This document shows, one piece after another, positions 11,846-22,288 of a stretch of 64,000 nt of DNA. Both the position numbers and the translations under genes were made by a program. The DNA comes from an uncultured Spirochaetota bacterium. Its GTDB lineage: Bacteria > Spirochaetota > Brevinematia > Brevinematales > JAOACQ01. Numbering within the stretch: the first letter of the stretch is position 1; each line of letters opens with the position of its first letter. The stretch spans positions 480,001-544,000 of the forward strand of contig CAWAOD010000011.1 of the NCBI GenBank assembly GCA_963783575.1, given 5' to 3'. Under the pieces are notes generated by a model that was not told the DNA's origin, did not search any database, and worked only from the letters and a program-made list of their open reading frames with translations.

Positions 11846-13279
11846 TCATATTTTGCCTGAATCTAAAACTTTTAATAACGCCGTTACTATATCAGTATCA
11901 AATTGTTTGTTACTGTTCAAAATAAGTTCTTTCCTGGCGTCGTCTTTTGTCAATGCCTGACGGTAAGGACGATCGGTTGTCATTGCGTCGTAAGCGTCGG
12001 CAACCGCTATTATTCTTGCTTCAAAGCAAATTTCTCCGCCTTTAAGCCTATCAGGATATCCATTGCCGTCAAATCTCTCATGATGCTGTTTGATAATCTG
12101 TGCAATATCTCTCAGGTTTCCCAGCGGTTCAAGAATTTGCGCACCTTTAAACGGATGAGATTTCATTTCTTCCATTTCAAAATCACTCAATTTGCCCTTT
12201 TTTTTGACTATATAATCGTGAATACCTATCTTACCCAGATCATGAATTTGAGAAGCAAGTTGAATTTTCTGCACATCCTTAATATTTAACCCCAATTCTT
12301 CGGCAATAGCTACGGCAATCTCAGTTACACGTTCTGAATGTTTGTTTGTGTAAGCGTCTTTAGCATCGATCGCATTAGCCAATGATCTGATTGCAGATAT
12401 ATATAAAGAATTTAGTTCTTTAAATAATTTAGCATTTTCAACAGCCAGAGCTATCTGGGAAGCGAATACTCCGGCTTTTCTCAGGTCGTTTTCTATAAAA
12501 GGCTCATTATTTTTAATCCGGTTTATATTTAGAGCACCCATTACTTCCGCTTTTCCAATTAATGGTATAACCATTGAAGATTTGATCCCTTCCCTGCCTT
12601 TTATGTCTTTAAACCGGGGGATCTTATTCAGATCACCATTCAATAGAAGGGGCTGCTTCTCTTTAATAGCCAGACTCACAATCTGATTTTCTGAGTTTAA
12701 CTCAGTTGTTTTATTAGCTCCTGCTTTAAGATTGTAAGATGCCGCAGCTATATAAAGATTCTTCTCATCATTAAAAAGAGTCAACGAAGCGCTATCCGAA
12801 TTTAAAACCTTCATTGTTAAATTGATTGATAATTTTAACAGCCGGTCAAATTCTATTGTAGAAAGTATTGCTTTACTTATTTCATAAAGGGCTATAATTT
12901 CTTTTAATCTTTGTTTTTCTACGGCTTTTTCTACAACAATAGTTATCACTTCAACATTATACGGCTTTGTTATATAATCACAAGCTCCTCTTCTCATGCT
13001 TTCAATAGCCGTTTCCATTGTTCCATATCCCGTGCTCATAATCACTTCGATATCCGAATCGATTTTTTTTATATTTTCTAAAACAGTAATACCGTCCATT
13101 TCCGGCATTTTTATATCTACAATTGCTATATCAAATCTCTCTTTTTTAACTTTCTCAATCCCCTCAATTCCGTTTTCTGCAGTAACTACAGAGTAACCCT
13201 GCTTTCCAAGCTCATAGAAAAGCCAGTCACGCATCCCTTCCTCGTCGTCAATAATCAATATTCTAATATCAGGATTCAT
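11846..13279 (-). CDS. Response regulator REC-GAF-HD-GYP (c-di-GMP phosphodiesterase)
   Basis: N-terminal REC, GAF ending ALAVENA, HDLGKIG and HHERFDGNGYP. Confidence 0.92.
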   Translation of the reverse strand: MNPDIRILIIDDEEGMRDWLFYELGKQGYSVVTAENGIEGIEKVKKERFDIAIVDIKMPEMDGITVLENIKKIDSDIEVIMSTGYGTMETAIESMRRGACDYITKPYNVEVITIVVEKAVEKQRLKEIIALYEISKAILSTIEFDRLLKLSINLTMKVLNSDSASLTLFNDEKNLYIAAASYNLKAGANKTTELNSENQIVSLAIKEKQPLLLNGDLNKIPRFKDIKGREGIKSSMVIPLIGKAEVMGALNINRIKNNEPFIENDLRKAGVFASQIALAVENAKLFKELNSLYISAIRSLANAIDAKDAYTNKHSERVTEIAVAIAEELGLNIKDVQKIQLASQIHDLGKIGIHDYIVKKKGKLSDFEMEEMKSHPFKGAQILEPLGNLRDIAQIIKQHHERFDGNGYPDRLKGGEICFEARIIAVADAYDAMTTDRPYRQALTKDDARKELILNSNKQFDTDIVTALLKVLDSGKI

Positions 13280-13337
13280 AAACAGTATCCTTGAATTTTA
13301 ATCATAAAAAACTCCCAGTGTTACTTTTCACATCCTA

Positions 13338-15188
13338 TCAAGCCGTCATTTCTCCGAATAATACCGGTAATTTTATAATAAAGACGGTTCCATTATCAGG
13401 TTCGCTTTTAACTTCAATTGTACCGTTATGCTTCTGAATGATCTCATAACATAAGCTTAATCCCAATCCTGTTCCCTTGCCGATTTCCTTCGTAGTGAAA
13501 AACGGTTCAAACAAATGCTTTTTTACATCTTCGTTCATACCCATTCCGTTGTCTGATATTTCTATCAATATAAAACCTTCAGTTTCTTTTGTTGAGAGTA
13601 TAATCTTTCCCCCGTCAGGCATAGCGTCAATGGCATTATTACATAGATTGACAATGACCTGTTGTATCTGGTTCTTATTAATCATTATTTTCGGAAGTTC
13701 TCCGCTGTATTCCCTAATCATAATAATACTCATTATTTTAGCTCGTGCCTCCACAAAGGATAATGTTTCTTCAATGGTCTGGTTTATATCTGCTTCTTCG
13801 GCCTTTGTTTTTTCAGTCCTGGAGAATGTCAGTAAATCCGCTACAAGTTTCCGGCATCTCACTGCCTCACGTTCGATCGATTTTAACGGCATATAAAGGG
13901 AATCGTCTTCTTTTATCCTGCTTGCGATGCTCTGGGCAAAACCCAGTATTACTCCCATCGGATTATTGATTTCATGAGCCACACCTCCTGCCAGCTGTCC
14001 TACTGCCGCCATTTTTTCCGACTGTATAAGCTGATCCTGGGCTGTTTTCAATTTATTGTATGCCTCCTGCAGTTCCTGCGATCTTTCCTGTAGCGCTTCG
14101 GTTCGTACTTTTTCAGCTGCAAGTTCCTTCTCTCTTTTCTGCAGCAATAAAAAGTCCCGCATATCTCTGGCGACTCCTACAAAACCTAATAAATTACCCT
14201 CTTTATCTTTCATCGCGGAGACTGAAAAGCCGACTGGAATATCTTCGCCTTTTTTTGTGCGTAAAAAAATTTGATGTTTCCCGGATGAGTATTCTTCCGG
14301 TAAAAAATCTTTTTTATTATCTACAATTTGAGCTAAACCTTGCGGGAAAAGGATCATTGCCGGCTTACCTGTTATTTCTTCTCTAGTGTACCCCAGAAGT
14401 ATCAAAACGGCATTGTTAACTTCAATTATTTTGCCCTCTTCTCCAATTAGAATCAAACTGTCGCTCATGGTAGCAAGAATATCGGAAGCCGCATATGCAG
14501 GTGTAAGGGTCATGAAACCGTATTTCGTTATTTCATAAACAAATGCTCCGGCAACTATAAGCGCCATAATTGATCCAACCGGAGGAATAATATAAATACT
14601 AAGCTGAGGAAGAACAACATCTGCGATTGTCGCAGATATTAAAAAGAAAAGACCCGAATAAATGATTAATTTAATTCTTTTTTTCTCATATATATACTTT
14701 TGTTTTTTAATTGACGTAAAACCAAAATAAAAAGAAACAGTTAGAATTGAAATATAAGAAACATAAAAGATCCATGGCCATAAGGATTTTGACCATATAT
14801 GCGACCATCCATAGGATTTTCTTACAATGTCAAAAATCAACCCTCCCGACCATTGCTTATAGATGAAAAAAGCGGGAATTAAAAATATTAAATAAAAATA
14901 CCATTTACCCAATATTTTTCTATCAGTTGTCATTAAAAGCGCCAGCCATAAGGCAACAACTGAAATACTTCACCATCCAATTGAGGAAATATTCAGCCAG
15001 ATCATAGCATAATCATGTGAAACCGAAGCCTGAAAGAATGTAAAAGCAAAATTCCAGACTGCAATACAGAATAAAATTAATGCGCAAACCCAATTCAACA
15101 GATCTTTCGTATTCCTGGACAGTACAAAAAACATCAGCCATAGATTTACAAGAAATACTGTAAAATGAAGCATGGATAATGGATTCAT
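13338..15188 (-). pseudogene. 7TM-PAS sensor histidine kinase with one in-frame TGA at 14970-14972
   Basis: ORFs 14970-15188 and 13338-14933 share a frame; H-box GVAHEINNP, N-box NLCNNAIDA, G-boxes DNGMG and GTGLGL. Confidence 0.8.
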
Positions 15189-15218
15189 ATGATATACTCC
15201 ATATTTACTTATTTAAAA

Positions 15219-16166
15219 TCACGCCAATTCACCAATGGTTGGCATCGCGGCTATAGCTCCATATTTTGTAGTAACAGCCGCGCCACACCTGTTTGCAAAA
15301 TCAGCGGCCTTCTTTAAATCTTTCATTTTGAAAGTATCGCTCTTTAAATTATCTAGAAGCAAAAGCCGGTATAAAAAACCGGCCATAAATCCGTCGCCTG
15401 CGCCTGTAGTATCAATGGATTTAACTTTATATCCGGGCAGCGTCATAATTTCTCCGGAATTACTTAATATAGCCCCGTCTTTTCCCAGTGTAACAACAAC
15501 AATGACCGGACCTTTTTTATGAATTTCTTTGATGCCTTTCTCAAAATCAGAAAAACCTGTTATAAATTCAAGCTCATCCTCAGAAATTTTTACAAGATCG
15601 GCAAAAGGCATTCCCAGATTAATTCCGTCCAGAGCCTCATCGGTATTATTCCACAGGTTTAACCTGAGGTTCGGATCATAGGATATAAATGCCCCGTTGT
15701 TTTTTGATAATTCCAGGCAGGTTAAAACTGTTTTTTTTATATCACCCCCGATCATGGATATTGAGCCGAAATGAAATATTTTTGCCGTTTTCAGGTAGTT
15801 CTTATCAATTTCTTCAATTCCGAGCAGAGCATCGGCGCCCGGTTCCCTGATAAAAGTAAAGTCCCTCTCGCCGTCAGCCTGGATCGAGACAAACGCCAGA
15901 GTTGTTTTTGATCTGGAATCGAGAATCATTCCGGAAACATCCACGCCTTCTTTTTGTAAAGTTTCTCTTAAAAATATACCGAAAGGGTCTTTTCCTACCT
16001 TGCCGATAAACCCGGTTTTAACGCCGAGCCTTGCGCAGCCGGCCGCGACATTCGCAGGCGCTCCCCCGGCTTTTTTTGTGAAATTAATACCGTTCACAAG
16101 ATCAACCCCTGTATCTGAACACATAAAATCAATGAGCATTTCACCAATACAGATTATATCAGGCAT
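15219..16166 (-). CDS. PfkB-family carbohydrate kinase (fructokinase-like)
   Basis: GGAPANVA, YDPNLR and DTTGAGD; start reassigned to ATG at 16166. Confidence 0.92.
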   Translation of the reverse strand: MPDIICIGEMLIDFMCSDTGVDLVNGINFTKKAGGAPANVAAGCARLGVKTGFIGKVGKDPFGIFLRETLQKEGVDVSGMILDSRSKTTLAFVSIQADGERDFTFIREPGADALLGIEEIDKNYLKTAKIFHFGSISMIGGDIKKTVLTCLELSKNNGAFISYDPNLRLNLWNNTDEALDGINLGMPFADLVKISEDELEFITGFSDFEKGIKEIHKKGPVIVVVTLGKDGAILSNSGEIMTLPGYKVKSIDTTGAGDGFMAGFLYRLLLLDNLKSDTFKMKDLKKAADFANRCGAAVTTKYGAIAAMPTIGELA

Positions 16167-16191
16167 AAAAAATCCTTTATTGCATTCCTTA

Positions 16192-17637
16192 TCAGTCCAG
16201 GCAAACCCGCATCTCTCTTGCAGCCTTTGTTTCATCAAGCCTTGATACAGGCGTACTCAAGGGGGATTGTTTGAGAGCTTCAGGGTTTTTATACGCTAAA
16301 TCCGCAATTTCGATCATTGCCGAAATAAAACCATCAAGCATTGATTTGCTTTCGGTTTCAGTCGGCTCAATCATGATTGCTTCCTTTATTATTAAAGGAA
16401 AATATACCGTTGGAGGATGAAAGCCCCGGTCAATCAGGGCTTTTGCTATATCTATGGCATGAACGCCTTTTTCCGCCTGCTTAACGGCTGAAAACACGCA
16501 TTCATGCAAGCATGTCCTGTCATAGGGGAGATCATAATATTTTTTAAGTTTTTCCATAACATAATTCGCGTTCAGGACAGCCTGTTCGCTTGCCTCAATC
16601 AGGCCTTCCTTTCCCAGAATAAGAATATACGCATAGGCTTTAAGCAAAACGCTGAAATTTCCGAAAAAGTCGGATATTCGTCCGATACTTAGCGGATTAT
16701 CATGTTCCAGGCGGTATGAGCCGTCCGGTTCTTTAATAATTACCGGTAATGGAAGAAATTTTTTAAGAAAATTTTTAACACCCACGGGTCCAGCGCCAGG
16801 CCCTCCGCCGCCGTGGGGAGTACCGAATGTTTTATGCACATTGACATGTACAACATCAAAGCCAATGTCGCCCGGCCTGACCTTACCCATTACTGCGTTA
16901 AGGTTGGCCCCGTCATAATACATAAGAGCGTCCACGGAATGAGCGGCATCGGACATTTCTTTTATTTTTGTTTCGAAAACGCCCAGTGTGTTCGGGCAGG
17001 TCATCATAACGGCAGCGGTATCTGCATTTAAAGCCTTTTTGAATTCTTCCAGATTCATCTCGCCGCTTGAAAGACTTGGAATTGTAATTACATCATAACC
17101 TGCCATCGCGGCGCTTGCCGGATTTGTGCCATGCGAGGAATCGGGTACTATTACAAACCTTTTATTATTTCCTTTTGATTTATGATAAGCGGCAATAAGC
17201 ATAATACCTGTCATTTCGCCATGCGCGCCGGCCAGAGGCTGTGTTGTTACAAAGTCCATCCCTGTTATTTCACAGATCATTCTTTCAAGGTTATATAAAA
17301 TTTCAAGCGCGCCCTGCGATTCATCCGAATCTTCAGAGTACATGGAAATCAAAGGATGAAGGCCGGTAAAGCCGGGGAGGTCGGCTATTTTCTCTAGGAT
17401 TTTCGGGTTGTATTTCATTGTGCAGGAGCCTAACGGGTAAAAATTAGTATCAACCGAGAAATTGAGCCTGGAAAGATTTGTATAATGTCTCACAAGATCA
17501 AGCTCGCTTATTTCTGGAAGATTCGCCTTATTTTCTCTGAGATATTTCTCCGGTAAAGGCTTTCCTGCAGGTACATCGGAAGCAGGAAGCTTAACCCCAT
17601 TCCTTCCGGGAACGGATTCTTCAAAAATCAGCTCCAT
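16192..17637 (-). CDS. gcvPB: Glycine dehydrogenase (decarboxylating) subunit 2
   Basis: YPLGSCTMKYNP, HGTNPASA, HKTFGTPHGGGGPG. Confidence 0.97.
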   Translation of the reverse strand: MELIFEESVPGRNGVKLPASDVPAGKPLPEKYLRENKANLPEISELDLVRHYTNLSRLNFSVDTNFYPLGSCTMKYNPKILEKIADLPGFTGLHPLISMYSEDSDESQGALEILYNLERMICEITGMDFVTTQPLAGAHGEMTGIMLIAAYHKSKGNNKRFVIVPDSSHGTNPASAAMAGYDVITIPSLSSGEMNLEEFKKALNADTAAVMMTCPNTLGVFETKIKEMSDAAHSVDALMYYDGANLNAVMGKVRPGDIGFDVVHVNVHKTFGTPHGGGGPGAGPVGVKNFLKKFLPLPVIIKEPDGSYRLEHDNPLSIGRISDFFGNFSVLLKAYAYILILGKEGLIEASEQAVLNANYVMEKLKKYYDLPYDRTCLHECVFSAVKQAEKGVHAIDIAKALIDRGFHPPTVYFPLIIKEAIMIEPTETESKSMLDGFISAMIEIADLAYKNPEALKQSPLSTPVSRLDETKAAREMRVCLD

Positions 17638-18965
17638 AACACAGCCTCCAGGAATTCCTTATATTCAAGTATCTCTTTTTTCGATCTTTTCTCAGTCACT
17701 GCGACAAGCAGTAAATTATCCATGTTCTTAAAATAATTGCCAAGCGGCAGACCGCAGGCTATATTTTTTTCAATCATTTTACGTGCAACTTTAACCGCGT
17801 TAACTGGAAGATCAAGAATAAATTCATTAAAAGTAGGATTACGGTTCCAGATCGAAACGCCTTTTATTTTTGAAAATTCTTTTTTAGCAAATTCCGATTT
17901 ATCATAATTCAGACCGGCAAGATTTGCAAATCCTTCTTTACCGATAGCGGAAAGGTAAATTACCGATTTTAAAGCGCAGAGACTCTCATTGCTGCAGATG
18001 TTTGAGGTTGCTTTCTGGCGCTTTATATGCTGCTCCCTGGCCTGAAGAGTCAGAACAAAACCGCGTTTCCCGTTTTTATCGACTGTTTCCCCGATTATAC
18101 GTCCCGGAAGTTGGCGGATGAATTTCTTTCCTGTGGCGATAAATCCGAATGTCGGCCCCCCGAAATTCATAGGATTGCCTACGCTCTGGCCGTCACCGAC
18201 GGCGATATCTGCTCCGGAATCACCGGGTGGTTTTATCAGGCCGAGCGATACCGGATAAACCGATTCAACAATCAAAGAACCTTTTTTATGCGCCATCTCG
18301 GTTATTTCCGAATAATCTTCAATACTGCCGAAAAAATTCGGGTTCTGAAGAATTATGCAGGCAGTATTATCATTCAGTTCATCTATTAAAGTTCCGCGGT
18401 TTAAAGAATCGAAATTTGACCCGATAGTATTAAGTTCGAGATCATGATTTAAAAGATAAGTTTCCAGTACTTTTCTATAATGGGGATTGACGCTGTTCGC
18501 TATGATGATTTTTTTTCTGTCCGTTATTCGAACTGACATTAGCGCAGCTTCAGCCAGAGCTGTTCCGCCATCATAAAGCGAGGCGTTGGAAACTTCCATA
18601 CCTGTCAGCCTGCAGATTACCGTCTGGTATTCAAAAAGGGCCTGCAGAGTCCCCTGCGAACATTCCGGCTGGTACGGTGTATATGCAGTATAGAACTCGG
18701 CGCGGTTTGACAGCGCATCGACAACCGATGGAATATAATGATCATAAATCCCGCCGCCCAGAAAGCAGGCTGCGCCTGTCTTATTTGTTTCTGACAATGT
18801 TTTGGTATGATTATAAACTTCAAATTCGGATAATCCGTCAGGCAGGTTTAACAGGTGTGTCTTCAAATCAGAAGGTATGGAATCGAATAAATCACCGACT
18901 TTATCAGCACCGATAGCTGAAAGCATTTGTTGCTGTTCGGCTTCGGTATTCGGACAGTAATTCAT
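17628..18965 (-). CDS. gcvPA: Glycine dehydrogenase (decarboxylating) subunit 1
   Basis: YTAYTPYQPE, NASLYDG, REQHIKRQKATSNICSN. Confidence 0.97.
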   Translation of the reverse strand: MNYCPNTEAEQQQMLSAIGADKVGDLFDSIPSDLKTHLLNLPDGLSEFEVYNHTKTLSETNKTGAACFLGGGIYDHYIPSVVDALSNRAEFYTAYTPYQPECSQGTLQALFEYQTVICRLTGMEVSNASLYDGGTALAEAALMSVRITDRKKIIIANSVNPHYRKVLETYLLNHDLELNTIGSNFDSLNRGTLIDELNDNTACIILQNPNFFGSIEDYSEITEMAHKKGSLIVESVYPVSLGLIKPPGDSGADIAVGDGQSVGNPMNFGGPTFGFIATGKKFIRQLPGRIIGETVDKNGKRGFVLTLQAREQHIKRQKATSNICSNESLCALKSVIYLSAIGKEGFANLAGLNYDKSEFAKKEFSKIKGVSIWNRNPTFNEFILDLPVNAVKVARKMIEKNIACGLPLGNYFKNMDNLLLVAVTEKRSKKEILEYKEFLEAVLWS

Positions 18966-18968
18966 ATA

Positions 18969-19340
18969 TTATAATCCATTAACATAAGCTTCGTACTGCT
19001 TAAGATCCATTAAACCTGATTTTTCTGAAAGGTCTGAAAGTTCAAGCCTGGCGATCCATCCTTCGGAATCCGGTTTTTCATTTATTACCTCGGGTTTTGA
19101 TTCCAGGATTTTATTTATCTGAATAACCTTGCCGGACATCGGTGAGTAAATATCGCTGGCCGCTTTAACGGATTCAATCGCACAGAGCACATTTCCCTTT
19201 TTTATTTCTTTCCCGATTTTCGGCAGATCGATAAATGTTATGTCCCCGAGCTGATGCGCCGCATAACCTGTTATTCCGATTTCCCCGGTTGATCCGTCAA
19301 TTTTTATCCATTCATGTTCCCTGGTAAAAAATGTTTCCAT
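18969..19340 (-). CDS. gcvH: Glycine cleavage H protein
   Basis: HEW and lipoyl-Lys motif ESVKAASD. Confidence 0.97.
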   Translation of the reverse strand: METFFTREHEWIKIDGSTGEIGITGYAAHQLGDITFIDLPKIGKEIKKGNVLCAIESVKAASDIYSPMSGKVIQINKILESKPEVINEKPDSEGWIARLELSDLSEKSGLMDLKQYEAYVNGL

Positions 19341-19355
19341 TCCAATCCTCCGAAT

Positions 19356-20447
19356 TTATTTTCTTAACGAACCTTTTTTATAAAAAGGAAGTTCAGCAAC
19401 TTCCGCTTCAATTTCAACATTCCCTGATTTTATGATTATCTCTGACCCGATTTTAGAAAATTCAGGCTTGACATATCCCAGGCCGATCCCGGCGGATAAA
19501 GCAGGCGAGAAACATCCGCTTGTGGTTTCCCCAATGTCAATTCCTCCGGAACTAATCCGGTAGTGCTGTCTTGGCGATCTTCTTGAAAGAGTTTTAAAAG
19601 CGATTTTCATTTTCTTTAAACCGGATTTTTTTTGTTTGATAAGCGGATCCTTTCCCCTGAAATCTTTTGAAAAATCAACAAAAGCTTCAAGACCGGCTTC
19701 AAGGGGAGTTATTGACTCGTCGATGTCATTTCCGTAAAGACTGTAACCCATTTCGAGACGCAGGATATCCCTCGCGCCAAGACCGGCAGGCTTTGCTCTT
19801 TTATCGGCGAGAATCAGGTCCCAGAGTTCCATGGCTTTTCCGGAATCGATATATATCTCATAGCCCAACTCTCCGGTATAACCAGTACGGCTGATAATCG
19901 CCTCTTTACCTAAGAGTTTTGTTTTTTTGAAGCCGAAAAATGGTATTTCAATTATAATATCTCCGAATTTTTTAGCCATGATTTCACGGCTTAGCGGTCC
20001 CTGAAAATCCAGCTTGGCAGTATTGGAACTTATATCGGTCAATGCCGTTTTATCGTTCATGCAGGATTGGATAGCCTGAAAATCCTTATCAGTAGTTGAT
20101 GAATTGACTACGATCATAAGTTCATTCATGGAAAACCGGTATACAATCAAATCATCAATTATCCCGCCGTTTTCGTTGAGCAGTAAACCATATTTGCATT
20201 TTCCCGGAGAGATTTTCGATAAAGAGAAGGAAAAAGCTTTCTCAATACCGCTTTTATTCAAATCGCCGTTAAAATAGAATTCGCCCATGTGGCAGATATC
20301 AAAGAGTGCCGCGGATTCCCTGCATACTTTATGTTCCGCAAGGATACCGCTGTATTGAATCGGCATTATCCAATCCCCAAACGGCGCCATTTGTGCATGG
20401 AGATTTTGATGAACATCATAAAGAGGAGTTTTTTTAAGATTTTCCAT
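19356..20447 (-). CDS. gcvT: Glycine cleavage aminomethyltransferase T
   Basis: KTPLY, LFDICHMG, SRTGYTGELGYE, GARDILRLE. Confidence 0.97.
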   Translation of the reverse strand: MENLKKTPLYDVHQNLHAQMAPFGDWIMPIQYSGILAEHKVCRESAALFDICHMGEFYFNGDLNKSGIEKAFSFSLSKISPGKCKYGLLLNENGGIIDDLIVYRFSMNELMIVVNSSTTDKDFQAIQSCMNDKTALTDISSNTAKLDFQGPLSREIMAKKFGDIIIEIPFFGFKKTKLLGKEAIISRTGYTGELGYEIYIDSGKAMELWDLILADKRAKPAGLGARDILRLEMGYSLYGNDIDESITPLEAGLEAFVDFSKDFRGKDPLIKQKKSGLKKMKIAFKTLSRRSPRQHYRISSGGIDIGETTSGCFSPALSAGIGLGYVKPEFSKIGSEIIIKSGNVEIEAEVAELPFYKKGSLRK

Positions 20448-20511
20448 TTATAAAACCTCAGAAAAGCAGGCCGCTTAATCTATATTATTACTTTCCAACC
20501 TTTAATAATAA

Positions 20512-20667
20512 TTAAGCAATTATATTATAAAATATTCTGGCGGAATTTTCAATTGAAGGGACTCTAATCATAAAAAGATATGAGAACAGTGCCCAGCTCA
20601 TACTATTGTTAAGATCAACAAAATAACCATCCGGCGATATGGAATTGAAAACCGTTAATTTCCGCAT
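20512..20667 (-). pseudogene. Truncated dihydrofolate reductase/RibD-C family gene remnant
   Basis: AAGGAGG RBS, then MRKLTVFNSISPDGYFVDLNNSMSWA; similarity is lost after about 26 codons and the frame stops after 51. Confidence 0.6.
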
Positions 20668-20676
20668 GATTATCCT

Positions 20677-20755
20677 CCTTAACATTTCGCAATAATTAAA
20701 ATCTTAACCGGTTAAGAGGCTTTTCCGGTGCGGAAAGTTGAAGCCATTGTTATAT
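20677..20755 (-). other. Degenerate attC-like site
   Basis: Minus strand ATATAAC-aatggc-TTCAAC...GGTTAA...gcgaaat-GTTAAGG; overlaps the upstream stop codon and abuts the next RBS. Confidence 0.5.
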
Positions 20756-21559
20756 TAGTCGGTTTTCATTGTAAACAATTCCACAGTTCTTAAATTCGCA
20801 ATTCAATCCTAAACCGGCATGAGTCTGAATTGGTTTTCCTTTTATTTTTCCTTCGATTATTTTTTCCACTCCCATTATCATCTCATCAATATAAAATGTC
20901 TCTAGGGGAGAATCGCCATGGGCGGGCAGAAACCTGTCAAATTTATTTCCCAAATCTCTGATTTTCTGAAGACTTTTTAAGTACACACTCAAAGATGCTG
21001 AAACATCAAGGTGCAGCCATACCTGACCTTTCAGAATAGAATCCCCGGTATATAACATCCTGTTTTTTTCATCTAATAGAACGATACTTCCATCAGTATG
21101 CCCGGGCATTGTTATCACTTCAAGCGTTAAATTTCCAAGCTCAAATTTAAATCCTTCTCTTATCACATTTATATGCTTTAATTCTGCATTGAACCATGAC
21201 TCAATCAAAGATTTATCATTAATCCTATCGATCAATAGATTTTCATATTTCATTTTCCTGTATTCTATGTCAAAGCAATTCTTTAAAAGCGGCACTTCAT
21301 TTTCCAGGACATAAACCTCGTCGAACCAAAATGATCCGCAAGCATGATCAGGATGCCCATGAGTAACAATAACCATGACTGGTTTCGATGTAATGCGGCG
21401 AAGCAATTCCGGAATATCAAATATGCCCCACCCAGTATCAATTAAAAGCGCTTTTTCTTCACCCTCGATTAAATACATGGTATCAAAACCAATATCATCA
21501 ATGGCAAAAACATTTTCAAACAACTTTCTAAAAGTAAGACTGCTATATTTTATTCCCAT
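20750..21559 (-). CDS. Metallo-beta-lactamase fold hydrolase
   Basis: LIDTG, THGHPDH, PGHT, TGD and PAHG motifs. Confidence 0.9.
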   Translation of the reverse strand: MGIKYSSLTFRKLFENVFAIDDIGFDTMYLIEGEEKALLIDTGWGIFDIPELLRRITSKPVMVIVTHGHPDHACGSFWFDEVYVLENEVPLLKNCFDIEYRKMKYENLLIDRINDKSLIESWFNAELKHINVIREGFKFELGNLTLEVITMPGHTDGSIVLLDEKNRMLYTGDSILKGQVWLHLDVSASLSVYLKSLQKIRDLGNKFDRFLPAHGDSPLETFYIDEMIMGVEKIIEGKIKGKPIQTHAGLGLNCEFKNCGIVYNENRLI

Positions 21560-21625
21560 TCCGGGTACCTCTTTAATTGTCTAATAATAAAAGCTTCTTT
21601 AATCAGACTGGCAATGGTTAACCGC

Positions 21626-22288
21626 CTATATCCCTTCTGGACAAGACACTAAACACAAACCGCAAGAGTTTTTCCTGCTGTGCTTCACTATAAACTTACT
21701 TCTCTGTCTATTACATTCCTTATAATTAATTATCGAATCACGTTTCATTCCGCTTTTCCACCGAATTCCTTTTATCAGTTTATACGGGCATGAAATCATA
21801 CAATTAAAACATTCCGGCGGACATTTTGAGTTCAATACCGGATTTGATTTATTGAAATTATAATCAACCAGAATAGCGGACAATCTTATCCTCGGAACGT
21901 ATTTTTTCGTAATCAATAAATCATTCCTGCCTATCCAGCCTATCCCTGCATTCGCAGCGGCTTCTTTAAACGGGAACCTGGCTTTAAGTTCTATTTCATT
22001 GTCCTGTGATGACGGAGGAATAAAGTATCTTATATTCCTGTCATTACAAAACGAAGCTATTCTTCTTAGTATTTCATCAGCCTTTTCACCGGCTTCGGCG
22101 ATAAGATTTTCCAGTTTCTCCTCTTTATAAGTCTGCGAATCAATCATTTCCGTATATGGAACAGCAAAGACCAGCGCTCTTTTATACTCATCGCTATAAT
22201 TGCTAAAATCAGTACCTGCCATTCCCCATAAAATATCGCCATAACTCTCAAATATATTCTCTATTCCGGATCCAGGATTATTTTTCAT
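21626..22288 (-). CDS. Epoxyqueuosine reductase-like (QueG/RdhA-like) 4Fe-4S protein
   Basis: KEAAANAGIGWIGRN, PRIRL, CxxxCxxCxxxCP and CGLCLVSCP. Confidence 0.8.
   Translation of the reverse strand: MKNNPGSGIENIFESYGDILWGMAGTDFSNYSDEYKRALVFAVPYTEMIDSQTYKEEKLENLIAEAGEKADEILRRIASFCNDRNIRYFIPPSSQDNEIELKARFPFKEAAANAGIGWIGRNDLLITKKYVPRIRLSAILVDYNFNKSNPVLNSKCPPECFNCMISCPYKLIKGIRWKSGMKRDSIINYKECNRQRSKFIVKHSRKNSCGLCLVSCPEGI

Noticed and set aside
14970..14972. Genome-wide TGA reassignment (genetic code 4 or 25)
   Set aside because: TGA terminates several conserved genes at their expected ends (e.g. pheA, gcvPA, gcvPB, the transposase), and long genes have no internal TGA
20448..20560. Glycine riboswitch upstream of gcvT
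   Set aside because: AT-rich leader with none of the GGAGA/GAAG/CTCAGG aptamer elements or stems
21560..21628. Additional attC sites at 21560-21628, 26088-26167 and 26462-26494
   Set aside because: Only partial boxes, with no convincing L''/L' pairing
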